DNA of 63,069 nucleotides, filler included, from Octopus bimaculoides (Eukaryota), in the NCBI RefSeq assembly GCF_001194135.2. It is 5 parts of 5 records of this genome, joined end to end, with 100 filler letters (N's around TTAATTAATTAA, not from the genome) between each part and the next. Parts side by side here need not be neighbours in the genome. Positions count along the whole stretch, not along the records: positions 15,840 to 45,154 come from NC_068981.1; 4 more parts are not named here. One strand, given 5' to 3'. Position 1 is the first letter of the stretch, and every line of letters begins with the position of its first letter. The notes beneath the pieces were generated by a model. That model ran no database searches. It was not told where the DNA came from and saw nothing but the letters and a program-made list of their open reading frames with translations. Below, in pieces: positions 26,956-39,329 of this stretch. Made by a program: the position numbers and the translations under genes.

Positions 26956-27756
26956 GTGTAAAGAGAGGGATTGCTCAGTGCCTAAAACATTGAGCAAAGA
27001 ATATAAGTAGCGATCGTGATACACACCACGAAGAAATGATCACGCTCAATAACAATCTATTAAGCAACAACTACCCTAAGAACACACTATCCACTCCAAT
27101 TATGAAGAAAAGAGGGGATGAAACCAATAAACTGTCCAGTCTGTCTACCCTATGTGAAAGGCCTCTCCAAAAAGATACAAAAAATATGTGGCCCATATAA
27201 CATGAGGACAGTATTCAAGAGTAATACAACACTTTGCAAATATCTCCTTTGAGTAAAACCACCAATAGAAGAGAATATGACCAAAGACTGCGTGTACTAC
27301 ATCTCATGCAGCTGTGGTAGGTTGTACAAAGGCGAAACATGTCGCCCCCTCAAAATAAGGGTAGATAAACATCGCAAAGCTGTGACATGTGGAGATGTTG
27401 ATAAATATGGTATAGCTGATCACATATGGAAAAATGGAGGCCACTTCCCTCTGTGGGATGAAGTTAAAATAATAGACAGAGAACACCACTGGAAAATACG
27501 AAAACTAAAAGAAGCAGCACATATGCTAGGACACAACAACCTCCTAAACAGACTGAGTGCAGATATGATTAGCATATGGGAACTGGTATTAAGGAAGGAT
27601 AGGAAAATATTAGATTTATAAGCCCTAAAATTCACTCCATAATTTCCCCACAGTCATATGGTGTAGTGGTTAAGAGCATGGGCTACTAACCCCAAGATTC
27701 AGAGTTTGCTTCAAGCAGTGACCTGAATAATAATAATAATAATAATAACATCAAAA
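26956..27756 (+). mobile_element. Penelope-like element 3' part (RT thumb + GIY-YIG endonuclease) with 3' terminal repeat
   Basis: ORF 27277-27621 KDCVYYISCSCGRLYKGETCRPLKIRVDKHRK...GIADHIW...WDEVKIIDREHHWKIRKLKEAAHM is a PLE-type GIY-YIG. Upstream reads VKRGIAQCL..AKNISSD..NNYP. Downstream is a tRNA-like head (TGGTGTAGTGGTTAAG, 27659) then TGACCTG(AAT)n. Confidence 0.85.
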
Positions 27757-29927
27757 GATAATACACATCTTCATAAAGACTCCAGGTATTGACTGGCTAA
27801 AAAACTTAACATTCTTATAAGGTACTTGAGCATGCACATGCAGATACATACACACACAATAACAGTAATGCTCAGATACTAATCTACATACACATATACA
27901 GATGTGTTCATTTTACACTTACTTTTCCATGCTTGCATAGGTTGGACAAATATTTTATTCAAACCATTGTTTCACAATCAGATGCTTTTATAAGGCAAAT
28001 TCATACTGTTTTTCTGATTAAGAATGATTTATTCCAACTGACCTCAAAGACACAAAGTGCCCAGACAGTTTTTGACAGGGGCAACTGATAACAACACTGC
28101 ATACAAGTGGTCGCAAATGTAAACATGCGGATATATGCATGCGCACACATGCACACACGCACATATGCACACACCCACAATGTGCATCTTTCAGTTTCCA
28201 TCTACCAAATCCACTCACAAGGCTTTGAATGGCCTGGGGTTATAGTAGAGGACACTTGTCTCAGGTGTCAGACAGTAGGACTGAACTTGAAATTACACGA
28301 TTATGTAGCAAAGCTCAACCATACAGCCATGCCTACACCTACATCATAATTATAAAATCCATCTTACATGAAGGTATGAACTTAGTAGTGACCTACTTAA
28401 TTGTCACAAGTGGCAAAGGAAGCTCTCTGCTGGCAATATATGAATGGAATGAAATCACACTGGGATGAACTTCATTGAGGACTAAATCATTTTTGTAACA
28501 AAACAATTATGCTGACAAGCAGCATTTGTTGAAAATAAAAGAATAGTTGATTATGGTAATTTTCTGATAATGATATGTGTAATTTTATTCCCACATATGT
28601 AAATATTACAGGAAAATATCATGACAAACAGCATTGTCCTAGATAAGGCACAACTTTAAGAATAAGCGATGCTCCTGCTACTACTATACTACCTAATAGT
28701 CAGGCAGACCATTCTATACCATCACGTAGCCAAACTGTTTGCCAACCTACTGTCAATTGATAGAGCAAGGAATATAAGCACTTTCAGTGTATTTTCAGTG
28801 AAATATTTTAATAGAGGATTATTTCATTTGTAAAACTCTCTTGGTAGGAAAGACAACATCTGACTAATCATTTTACTCATTTTTTAACACCTGCCTTCCA
28901 TTCTGGGTGCTTTTTTAAGACAGCATTGCTAATGAGTTCACTTTGCACTCAGGAAATTTGCCTTGTAATTTGCAAGACTAAGGACCTAATGTGGCCCTTA
29001 TAATTGGGGGAGAATAGGAGAGAGAGTGTGATGATTCTTGGCAGGGCGATGAGGGATGTTGGTCTCTGCATTTCTCTTTGGATTCTTTTCTCACAAGTAA
29101 TTAATTTCCTTCCATCCAAGCACAGTAGCTAATTCAGTTCAGATTTGGACATTTTGCAACACCCACCCCAAAACTAAATTCAACCCACTGAACATGGTAT
29201 CCAGTTTGGCTACATTGTAGTCATCTTTCTTTCCAAGCTAGGCTGCTGCATCCTCTGCCACAACTTCACCTATTTCCAGGACAATTTTCATTACTATGTG
29301 ACTAGCATCACCCATACAGCACTTCTCTTTGACTTATACACACATAAATTTCCTCTCACTGGATCCTCCTTTCTCACCCTTTGCAAGATAACCTTCATCA
29401 TTAAAACTGTCCACTTTCCAACTTCTCTGAAACCAACTCAATTGACCTACTCTTTTTCAACCTCAGTCCCAACTCTGCTCCACCACCTATCATAGATTCT
29501 AGTAGTTTTGCAGCTGATTAAACCCCTTCAGATGTCCCATGACCTTTGCTTCCATCACCACTGTATTACCCACTAGGATGTCATTTATGTAGGAATTAGT
29601 GGACCATTCACTCTGTTTGCCTTTCTCAGTTTTGTCTTGAGGACTGTTACTATGATCTTCAGTACTGAGTTCAGTCTGAATTCCAACCCAATCAATCAGT
29701 ACATTTTACCCCTGTAGTTTACCAGCTGGTGATTTCACAACTTTACGACCATGTGATACTGTAGACAGGCTGACTTCAAATATATTATTGTAGAATCCCC
29801 ATCATCTGCCTTCACTCATTCAAAATGTCCTCATATATGTTTGTGGCCTTGCTACCAGTGTGACATACCATACAATCATTCAGCTCCTGAAAATTTAGCA
29901 CTTGCTGAACTTTATTCATTGTTGGTT

Positions 29928-30123
29928 TGTTATGGCAAGAGTTATTGATACCCCTGGGGGATTGGAAGAATGGACTAGCCGAACTCTTATAAAGAGTAGA
30001 GGTTGGTTGTAGTCGAGGAGAGAGAGAGAGAGAGAGCGTTTTGGTAGTACATCACTATGTACGTTGTGTGAACACATTGATTAAACCTCTGCTTCATTAA
30101 TTTATATATACCAACCTGTGACA
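29928..30123 (+). mobile_element. Probable solo LTR (~196 bp)
   Basis: TGTTATGG...CCTGTGACA termini. TATAAA and ATTAAA occur in the expected order. Flanks GGTT/GGAT match 3 of 4. Confidence 0.5.
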
Positions 30124-30688
30124 GGATATAAAAGTGGCAATGAGATATTCGAAGCTTGCTTATTCTTTATTCTATTACTTGTTTCAGTCATTTGNNNNNN
30201 NNNNNNNNNNNNNNNNNNNNNNNNNNNNNNNNNNNNNNNNNNNNNNNNNNNNNNNNNNNNNNNNNNNNNNNNNNNNNNNNNNNNNNNNNNNNNNNNNNNN
30301 NNNNNNNNNNNNNNNNNNNNNNNNNNNNNNNNNNNNNNNNNNNNNNNNNNNNNNNNNNNNNNNNNNNNNNNNNNNNNNNNNNNNNNNNNNNNNNNNNNNN
30401 NNNNNNNNNNNNNNNNNNNNNNNNNNNNNNNNNNNNNNNNNNNNNNNNNNNNNNNNNNNNNNNNNNNNNNNNNNNNNNNNNNNNNNNNNNNNNNNNNNNN
30501 NNNNNNNNNNNNNNNNNNNNNNNNNNNNNNNNNNNNNNNNNNNNNNNNNNNNNNNNNNNNNNNNNNNNNNNNNNNNNNNNNNNNNNNNNNNNNNNNNNNN
30601 NNNNNNNNNNNNNNNNNNNNNNNNNNNNNNNNNNNNNNNNNNNNNNNNNNNNNNNNNNNNNNNNNNNNNNNNNNNNNNNNNNNNNNNN

Positions 30689-30853
30689 AATTACAGAAAT
30701 ACGACAACTTTAACATGGAATAACTTATGGATTTCTTTTTTTTTAAAGAAGACTAAGAGAAAAAGATGTTTTATATGACACATTCTACCAGTGTTCCAAG
30801 TTTCAAAATGCTTCGTTAATGAAAAATGTGGGCCCCCGTTTTAAAAAAGATCC
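30689..30853. mobile_element. Right end of another member of the 541-1894 TIR family
   Basis: Revcomp of the 570-720 unit; ends GGGCCCCCGTTTTAAAAAAGATCC (variant TIR). Left part is lost in a gap. Confidence 0.7.
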
Positions 30854-31203
30854 GGTATTTTTTTATGCCAAGAATAAAATACTTAGGGCAGATTATTGAT
30901 GAAAATGGACACAGACCAGACCTGTCTAGAGCAAGTGCAATAAAAAAAAATATGCCTCCCAACGAACATTACAGCGTTACAAGCATTTTCGGGGCTTGCA
31001 AATTACTACCAGGTATACACACCAAATATGCACGATTTAAGAGCACCCCTGAATAACTTGTTAATAAAAGACATTAAGTGGAACTGGTTGGACAAATGTC
31101 AAAAAGCTTTTGAAAAAATAAAAAATGTCCCAACGTCGGAATTGTCGTTATCACATTTTAACCTGGATTTAGAAATAGTAGTGGCAGCAGATGCTAGTGA
31201 AAG
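30854..31203 (+). mobile_element. Gypsy RT/RNase H fragment
   Basis: FFMPRIKYLGQIIDENGHRPD...AI; LRAPLNNLLIKDIKWNWLDKCQKAFEKIK...LSHFNLDLEIVVAADAS. Confidence 0.8.
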
Positions 31204-31407
31204 TGTTATCAAGACTACTTTATACTTTACACTTGCAACTCCATTGGTGACTAACGAGCCCTGCTCTTGACAAACATACACGACTGCCAACTGCTTAAAA
31301 ACACCCGCTTCTCTGCTTGAGCAGAGCGCTACCGTTTGTATTCCTACACATCCAGCCCTGATTGGCTGGAGCATGCTACAGCACAACTGTGCTATGCCGC
31401 GGCAACA
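31204..31407 (-). mobile_element. LTR-like insert interrupting the RNase H fragment
   Basis: TGTT...AACA termini, CpG-rich interior, begins right after DAS. No TSD; the right flank abuts (CATA)n and the RLE LINE. Confidence 0.4.
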
Positions 31408-31424
31408 CATAATACATACATACA

Positions 31425-32432
31425 GTGAACTCCTCAAGAAACACTCTCTTCCTGATGATCTCCTATACAGCCCCAAAATAGCTGGGCTCTCTTACCTCAG
31501 AGAAGACCTGGATGGAAGGCACTTAGCATACAAAAAAAGACCATGTACGGGTATGTTGCCCAGAAGCTTGAAGGAGACAATAGGATTGACATGAAGCGCA
31601 GCCTCTCTTAGACCCAAGACCAATACATCACATCACAATTTGAAGGCTATGCATTTGCAATCCAGGAACAGGAGATCGCCACAAAGTACCTGGTGAACAA
31701 GAGATACAGTGATGCTCTTGTAATCCCAAGGTGCAATCACATGTGTAGGCTACGTCATGTTTCTGTGGAAGACAATACACTTGTGATTAGCTGCTGTCCT
31801 AAAATGTCGTCACGGTACTACCTCGCTATGCGGCACGATGCTGTTGCTAAAACAATTTACAATGCCATCCACAAAAAAGACTGTCCTGAAATAAATTTAG
31901 AAAATCCATCTGTTATGGAATACATTCATAAACACCAACTCAAGGAATACTGGTGGAATATTCCCATCAAAACTTCTATCAAATGTAAACATAAGAGGTT
32001 GGATATTGTTGTTGGGACAGAGCGGCAAAGGTATGTACCATCATAGAGATCATCTGCCCTGCAGGTTATAAATATCTCTTTAAAAATCAAAGAAGAAGAT
32101 ATCAATGCATAATCACTTCGAAACCTCCAGCTTCTATATCCAGACTATGAATTCATATTCATACCAATAATAATTAGAGCACTAGGTTTTGTTAGCAAAT
32201 GCTTAATGGAGAATCTGGATAAACTGGGATCTTCAGAAAGAGAAATTGACCGGCTGATTCGTACATTACAAGTGCAATCTATGAGTGGAACAGTAAGAAT
32301 ATGCAAAACTTTTCTCAAGTTCCAAATGTGAAATTGTCTGTGTTAACTACATCCCAAAGATAGAGCCTTGTATCTTTGTTGGAAACCAGCTCCCTCCTCA
32401 GTGGAAGATTTATAATAATTAAAAAATAGAAG
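31425..32432 (+). mobile_element. 5'-truncated non-LTR retrotransposon with restriction-like endonuclease (R4/Dong-like)
   Basis: FAIQEQEIATKY..., CNHMCRL..VEDNTLVISCCPKM..RYYLAMRHDAVAK (CCHC/RHD region), YWWNIPIKT..KCKHKRLDIV...EISCP, IPIIIRALG...LQVQSMSGTVRICKTFLKF*. Stop at 32329-32331, ~100-nt 3'UTR, (CATA)n on both flanks. Confidence 0.85.
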
Positions 32433-32472
32433 ACATACATACTGTTATATCCTTATGGATAAACGAATACAT

Positions 32473-32770
32473 TGCAACAGTGTAATAGCAATATAACCGA
32501 AACAAACAGCAGTAACAACACGGAACATAACAATCTTTTAAGTACCAGCAATCCAACACGCTAACTCGAACTGTGAACTTTGAACTATCAACACACGAAC
32601 TGTGGAACTAGCACAAACTCTTTTCTTTATTAAAGCACTCAGGCTTATACACAGAGGGGACAGCACAAGGACAGACAGAACACCACAGTGGGGACAAAAA
32701 ACACAGAACGAACAAATGAAGGATGAACAATAATAATGAAGATGAAATGGCTGCATGCTCCCCACTCGAA
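32473..32770 (-). mobile_element. Possible 3' LTR remnant with polypurine tract
   Basis: Minus strand: GAGTGGGGAG then TGCAGC...TATAAG...AATAAAG...GTTGCA. No TSD or partner LTR seen. Confidence 0.35.
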
Positions 32771-32813
32771 AAGCAGTATCATTTAAATATTTTAGTTTAA
32801 CGTTTTTATATCA

Positions 32814-34183
32814 TTTTTTTCTTTTTTCTCCTTTTTTTTTTCTTTTTGCATCTGTTTTAAAGTCATTAGAATTTCAAACATTTACTTACTTTTTTTTTAC
32901 CATTTTATGTAAGGCAGTAGGTCCTCATAATCTATTACTGGCAGCAAGTCATCGAACTCCACGCGTACTCCCATTGGGTCTATCCTATTTCCAAACCATT
33001 CTCTTAGTCTTGCACATCTCTCCTTGTCAAGTACAATTGCCTTGGTACTCTCTGTATAGTATTCTGTTGTTAGTTTCACTCTTATTACAGACTTCATTTT
33101 CGTTATTTTATTTTCAATCTCCGTGCTTTTCGTATAAGTCACCATATGCCATTTATTTTTCGGTTCTTTTTTAGTTACTTGTTCCTGCAGTCCCACTTGA
33201 TTTTCCACGTTGGTTTCCCTTGTTGATGTTGGAATCTCCTGTTGTGTATCTTCCTGTTTATTTTCCTTCTTTTTCTTTAACAGACTGTTTGGCGGTGAGT
33301 CCGCGTCTTCCTTCCTTTTCTTTTTTCTATTTACCACCGTATATTCCTCCTCCACCTTCTCCGAACACTTCTCACTTACTAGGGTCGTCACTTCGGCATT
33401 TTGCGTCCGTTCGTCACCCTGCTGCAGCTGTTCCTCTATAACTTTATCATCTTTCTGGGGACACCTTGCTCTTGTGTTCCCCCTTTCTCCACACTGGTAA
33501 TAGGTTGGAGGTCTTCCCTCCACCACTACTCTCAATATCACGCCCTCCGGCAGTATCACCTCCTCCACTATCTTGTGTAAATCTTGTAAACTGACTTGGA
33601 TAGCCACTTCGAGGCCATATCCCCATCAGTTTACCTCTTTCGTCCTCGTTACTTTCAACACTTTTACGTCCTCCTCCATATTATACATAATGGCTGCCAC
33701 CAGCCACGCCACCTCAACCTCCGAGGGTACTCTGCCAATCCTTACTCTGGCCGCTCGTTTGCCACAGTAAGTTGGCAGAAGTATCCACTCTGGTGTCCTT
33801 AGCGCCACTGTGGAGTGGTTTATCGCTTCTTGTTCGCTAGCGAACCTTACCTCCACTGTGCCGTATCTTCTCCCTCTGGTGTAGAATGTTGTGAGGCTTT
33901 TTACCTCCTTCAAACATTCCTCTATGCCTCTACTGTAGCTATTTCTATTTTTTTCGTTGTCGTGGACAGCGTTCTATATACCACTGTCTGCCTCGTTATG
34001 CTAACTGTCAAATCTTCTGGTGGAGGTCGACTTCAAACTGGTTCCTTCCTTCTCGATCATTCTGTTGAACTCCTTTAACTTCCTTTGCTTCATCTTCACC
34101 TCTCGAACCTGTAATACATGTGCAGTTAAACTTCTTCCAGTGGCTGAAGCATAGCTGCCGGCTGGAACTGGTTCGCACTCCAT
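32814..34183 (-). mobile_element. ORF1-only LINE derivative (L1/Tx1-type ORF1 with RRM-like region and degenerate CCHC knuckle), A-rich tail
   Basis: ATG at 34183 (MECEPVPAGSYASATG...). About 429 codons are reconstructable across two frameshifts and one in-frame TGA. Motifs GTVEVRFASEQEA, VRIGRVP, GRPPTYYQCGERGNTRARCP, then a K/E-rich tail. Stop at 32897 is followed ~50 nt later by an A-rich tract (32814-32847); no ORF2. Confidence 0.7.
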
Positions 34184-35120
34184 TCTTCCTTTTAAAATTA
34201 ATGTAAACACACTACATACAGACATAACATACATACATACATACATATGTAGTGAATCTTGCAGGCATGAAGTGGATTTGATCCACCATAGCCAAATTTA
34301 AATTAACAGTTCAACAGAACTTTTCTCACAGTAAAACAATAGTTATTCTGTGACATCAGTTTTACATTTGCCAGATTACCTTAGCTAGGCCGAAATAATG
34401 TCTCCACCACTTGACCTTCCTAACCTCTTTTATTTCACCAAAAGCTAGAATTAAGATAACAAGTACCACCAACTAAATCCATTGTTCTCAACAATATGTC
34501 TATCCTGGATAGTTATAAAAGCAAGAACCCCAAGCAACAATCACTTAGTCACTTGGTGACAACTGAGTTTGTCGGCTTGTGACAACTCAATCTGTTAGTT
34601 GATGAATGACAAACTCAAGTCAGAGACAGCTACCATCAGTTGGGGAGCAGAACGCTAGAATCATGATCCAAAGCAAGGCAGCTACTAAAGACAATAGTCA
34701 AATGGAGAAAAGAAATTTACTGTCAGCAGCTATGAGACTCAGCTTTCCACACTCTCTCACTTTCACTAACTCACTTTGTCTTCTATGCACATTACCATAG
34801 CTCTCTCTATGGTTTACTACTACAATACGAACACACAGGCCAAAATGAACTTTTTTACTTTGCATGCTCTAGGATTTTATCACCTGCCCGTCAAGCAAGG
34901 TATATTCGATATAACAGTAAATAAATACTTTCTTCACAACTTCAATCACTGTTCTTTCATCTTTATATAATGGCTATCAACAAAGAACCAATCCTTACAC
35001 ACTGATTACAACTCCAACATTCCATCCTACTATGTATCGACTATCGTTTTTCATATTATTGCTTACACTAATTAATATCATCCATTACACATACATACAC
35101 ACATACATGCACACATACAT

Positions 35121-35592
35121 AAGAAGAGAAACTGTGCACAGTTGTGGAAATTAGCTGCCCAGCAGATGTTAGCATAAAGTGAAAAAGAGAGCAACCTATG
35201 CTGAACTATTAAGAAATCTATCCAGATTGCAAGTTCAGGTTTGCCCTGGGATATGTAACATACTGCCTAAATACCAATCTTGAGAAATTAAGCTTCTCAA
35301 AACAAGAAAGGAGAAAGCTAATTCAAAGACTACAGATCCAATCCATCACTGGAACTGTAAAAATCTGTAAAACTTTCCGGAAGTTTATCATTTAAATATA
35401 TGTGAGCATGTCTAGATATGTAACTATATGCATGAGAATACATACATAAAGCATACAAATCTGCATATACATACATACAAACAAAAATACCCTGTTGTTG
35501 AGGTTGAAATTCCAATGCAAGAACCTTGAATCTAGATTAGAAACCAGCTCTTTATGTATTGGCAAGAAATCTCGAAATAAACTGAATAATGG
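35121..35592 (+). mobile_element. R4/Dong-like RLE LINE 3' end, copy 2
   Basis: Starts EEKLCTVVEISCPADV and ends IQSITGTVKICKTFRKFII*. 3'UTR shares CCTTG.ATCT...GAAACCAGCTC with 32365-32390. Flanked by CATA-type repeats. Confidence 0.8.
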
Positions 35593-35656
35593 CATACATA
35601 CATATGTATATACGTACATACATACATACATACATATTGACATACATACATACATA

Positions 35657-36128
35657 CAGCGGATGTTAACATAAAACAGAAAAGCAGTGTATAAGAGAAT
35701 AGCTACACCGAACTCTTGAGAAATCTGCAGTTGCTCTATCCATATTTCAAGTTCAGGTTTATACCTGTAATTATTGGGGCTCTAGGATATGTAACACACT
35801 GCTTAAATACCAATTTTGAGAAATTAGGCTTCTCAAAACCAGAAAGGAGAAAGCTAATTTGAAAACTAAAGATCCAATGCATCACTGGAACTGTAAAAAT
35901 CTGTAAAACTTTCCAAAAGTTTATCATTTAGATATATATGAGCATGTTTAGATATGCAACTATATGCATGAGAATATGTACATAAAACAAAACATACAAA
36001 TCTGCAAATATACATACATACATACCCTGTTGTTAATGTTGAAATTCCAATAAAGGAGCCTTGGATCTAGGTTAGAAACTGGCTCTTTCTCTATTGGCAA
36101 GAAATCTTGAAATAAAACTGAATAACAA
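35657..36128 (+). mobile_element. R4/Dong-like RLE LINE 3' end, copy 3
   Basis: Starts ADVNIKQK..YTELLRNLQLLYPYFKFRFIPVIIGALGYV...TGTVKICKTFQKFII*. Diverged from copy 2, with a different 5' end. Sits after the (CATA)n that ends copy 2. Confidence 0.8.
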
Positions 36129-36742
36129 CATATATACATATGTAATTATGTATGTACATGTATATATAACCTCTATTGGACTATTGAAGCCTGTTTTTAT
36201 GCAGCAGCTGTCATTCTAAGAGAACAGGTGGGCGATATTTGCCAAGCATGTAGTGAAGTAGCATAAGCAAACCAGGTGCATAACAAACCAATGAAAACAT
36301 AAACATTTTGTGCTACAGCATCAGGCATTTAAATATCATGTTAACGTGTAAGGTGAATAATAATTCACTGTAAACCATCAACACTTTATGTAAAAAAATT
36401 TTAATGATTAGAGAAGTCACATTTCAAAAACTTGGGAAGTTAATAATCTTAAATCAGAACTGAAGAAACTGAGTGAAAACTCCATTATTGGAGGGGAAAA
36501 TAATACAATAAGGCAGATTAAGCACAAGTCTGTTTCTAACCCACAAATTGTATTAGGGAAGATGAAAATAAAACATTTTCATAGAAAGAATCTTTTATGA
36601 AAAAGATATTTTGCTACACATAAATGAAGCAGTCAGATTTTTAAATGTTATTTCGCCATCTAGATTATTTTTTTTAAGGCACACTCAAAGGGACATAACT
36701 TATAACGGTCTGTTTTGTCGCCTAAATGCTGGTCTGTTCGTT

Positions 36743-37220
36743 TGTCATACTGAACTAAACCTAATCATTAAGCGGCCCCTGGCTCGAATTAATATGCCTT
36801 CAGTTCTGGAGCCGACGGGGTTATCCAGAAGTGATGGAAAGAGACCAGATGGTCTTACCCTCTGTCCCTGGGCTAAAGGTAGGTGCCTCATTTGGGACGC
36901 CACAGTCTGCGACCCCTTTTGCTCCTTCCCTCATCCTGGATGCTGCAGTAAACAGGAGGGTCACTGCTTCCATAGCCGAACGAAACAAAACCCTGAAGTA
37001 TCGGGACCTGACAGTCAACTATCTCTTCCAATATGTGGAGTTTGAGATGTTCGGAAGGACTGGGCCACTAACCATGAAGTTCTTGTCATTGTTGGCAGGC
37101 TCGCCTCATCGAGGTGCCAGGTGATGCCCGTAAGGGTGCTTGACCTTAGCAAGCCCTTAGCCTCACTCGGCGTTGCCCATGGTAATGCCACAAGCGTGCT
37201 GGGTTACTTCAGTAGGTTCC
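36743..37220 (+). mobile_element. CRE-clade-like non-LTR retrotransposon endonuclease end
   Basis: [51 protein letters not shown]...AERNKTLKYRDL..NYLF...LAVAHGNATSVLG, the characteristic CRE/RLE C-terminus. Confidence 0.75.
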
Positions 37221-38489
37221 GTTAAACCTTATCGTGTGCAACAATTGAGACACTTGGTACTGCATTGATGTTTTTTCCCGTTTTCCCCTCTCCCGCCCCC
37301 CTTTTTTTTTTTTGTAAAACAGATAGAATAAAGAATGAATACCAAACCAACATTGACAATAAAGCTGATATAATCAACTCTGAGATCTTCACTAAAGCTG
37401 TAGAAAAGGTACATAAAATAAACATTAGTGAGGGATTGTTTTACTACTAGATGTTTTTTCTCTTGCTAGTCTTTGCTGGTATTTCAAATAAGGGATCTTT
37501 CATTCTACTCACCTTCAAAAGTGCAGAATGTAGACATTTGCGTGTGGGCGCACACATACATACATGTGTGTGTGTGTGTGTATGTATATCTATAAAAGGC
37601 AGGATGTGTGTGTGTGTACATGAATGTAATTTATGCACGTCCACAAATTAGCACACATGTCGCTTCGAATTTAGGAGGACATTTGTCATGGCCCTAGCTG
37701 GGTTTTTGCCGACTTATTTTTTCCGAGGCACCCACGGATAGCAGTAAAAATCGATTTTCAACCATAACTTTTACCAATTTCTGCATCAGTGAAATCATCA
37801 AGCTTACTAACATGAGTTAAGTCCCCTGCAATGGCGACTATTATACAGAAAGAAAGAAATGTATATATATTTTTAATTATACAGGAAAACAAAGACGAAC
37901 TGCTCTGAAAGAAATGTATATATAGTATGCATATAGTATATGTATATATTTAATTTTTCTACATATTTCATTTTAAATGAAATTCTGAATGTTAAATAAT
38001 TAATGTTGGTTTATTCAATTAGAAAACAAAAACTTAATGATGTAATTAGCAACTAGCACATTTTGTTTCTTAGTTTCAGTTTGTTTTAATATTTAAATTC
38101 TTTATTTGACTGTTATTTTCAGCCACAGCATTCTTATTCATTTCTGTTTATGACATTCTCTGTTCGTCCTTTTGCTTTCTTGGTGGTCGAAGCAAATCGA
38201 TGACTTCATGCTGTAGCCATTTTCTTCCTATGTGATTTAAAGCATTTTTTGATATGCAGCAACATTAGAAACGAGTTCCGAAATTGGTATTCAAGTTCGC
38301 TGAAACTTATCTCCTGCCATTCAAAACAACAACTCAAATGGGATAAAGAGTACATGCATCACAACAACAACACCAAGTGTGTGTTTGTACATGTGTGTGT
38401 AGACTTACAATATATCCTATTGTTAAGAAAATTTTACACAATCGTTCAATAAAACTCAAATGGGTTAAAGAGTACATGCTTTATCTGCC

Positions 38490-38685
38490 TAAACACTGCA
38501 ATGGGACCCGCTTGGTAGTCAAGTCCCTGATGCCCCACTTTATTGAGGCCACCATTATGAGGTACAGGAACGGGGGGATGTTTTCATTTCAAGGATGCAC
38601 CTTTATCCCTCAGGGTCAGACATGCCGTTTAATATTTGCAGATCACCATGTCCATCAACAAATCCCAAGGCCAAACACAGATAAA
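38490..38685 (+). mobile_element. Helitron PIF1-like helicase fragment
   Basis: PKHCNGTRLVVKSLMPHFIEATI, then after a frameshift ITMSINKSQGQT. Confidence 0.75.
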
Positions 38686-38940
38686 TCTTACAACCAAGAA
38701 TAAAAATACTGACTTGGCAGAGGATAGACTGATTGCATGCTTAAACATTATGCACAAATTTTACACAAACAGTCTCAACTAATTCCTCCCAGGCCATTGT
38801 GAATCCAATGATATAATGACTGTTGAACAGCAGGTAAAAAGAAGGCAATGTGGGGCTGTGCTGAACAACTTTTGATTTCTAAAACTATTCTGTCAAAAGT
38901 AGGAAAACACTACAAAAATCTTGTCCCAGAGAAAGGCATT
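38686..38940 (+). mobile_element. RLE-LINE RT N-terminal fragment (R4/Dong-like)
   Basis: LIACLNIMHKFYT...TVEQAGKKKAMWGCAEQLLISKTIL with frameshifts (RT domains 1-2). Confidence 0.5.
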
Positions 38941-39329
38941 CAATTCAATGGCTGTCACTGCAAAAGGCAAAAGTATTTGTTACTTTATTTGCTATTGTTG
39001 GAAAACTCACATAAACCTAGTCAATAATTTTCACACTTGTTAATGTAAGCCATTATACTATTAAAAATAATGTAAATCTCAATAAAAATAGAAAATTAAA
39101 ACAAGATGAAATTCAAAGGAAATACAACATAAAAAGACATTTTGTTGTCCACATTCACAGGAGAAACCAGTGGGTGGGTTAGGTTAAAGTACTCCACATC
39201 CTATCCATCTGCTATTTCGAATCCACCACTATTTCTAATGGTGTTTCTTTCAACCAGCTTGTTCTTCATGGCGTTCCGTTTCCTATTATCATCAAATTGA
39301 GTTATTTTCCTTTGCCTCAATGCGCTTCT

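Noticed and set aside
27655-27725. tRNA gene candidates (this head and the SINE A/B heads)
   Set aside because: Only A/B-box-like remnants are present, with no complete cloverleaf. They are joined to repeat bodies, so they are tRNA-derived repeat heads.
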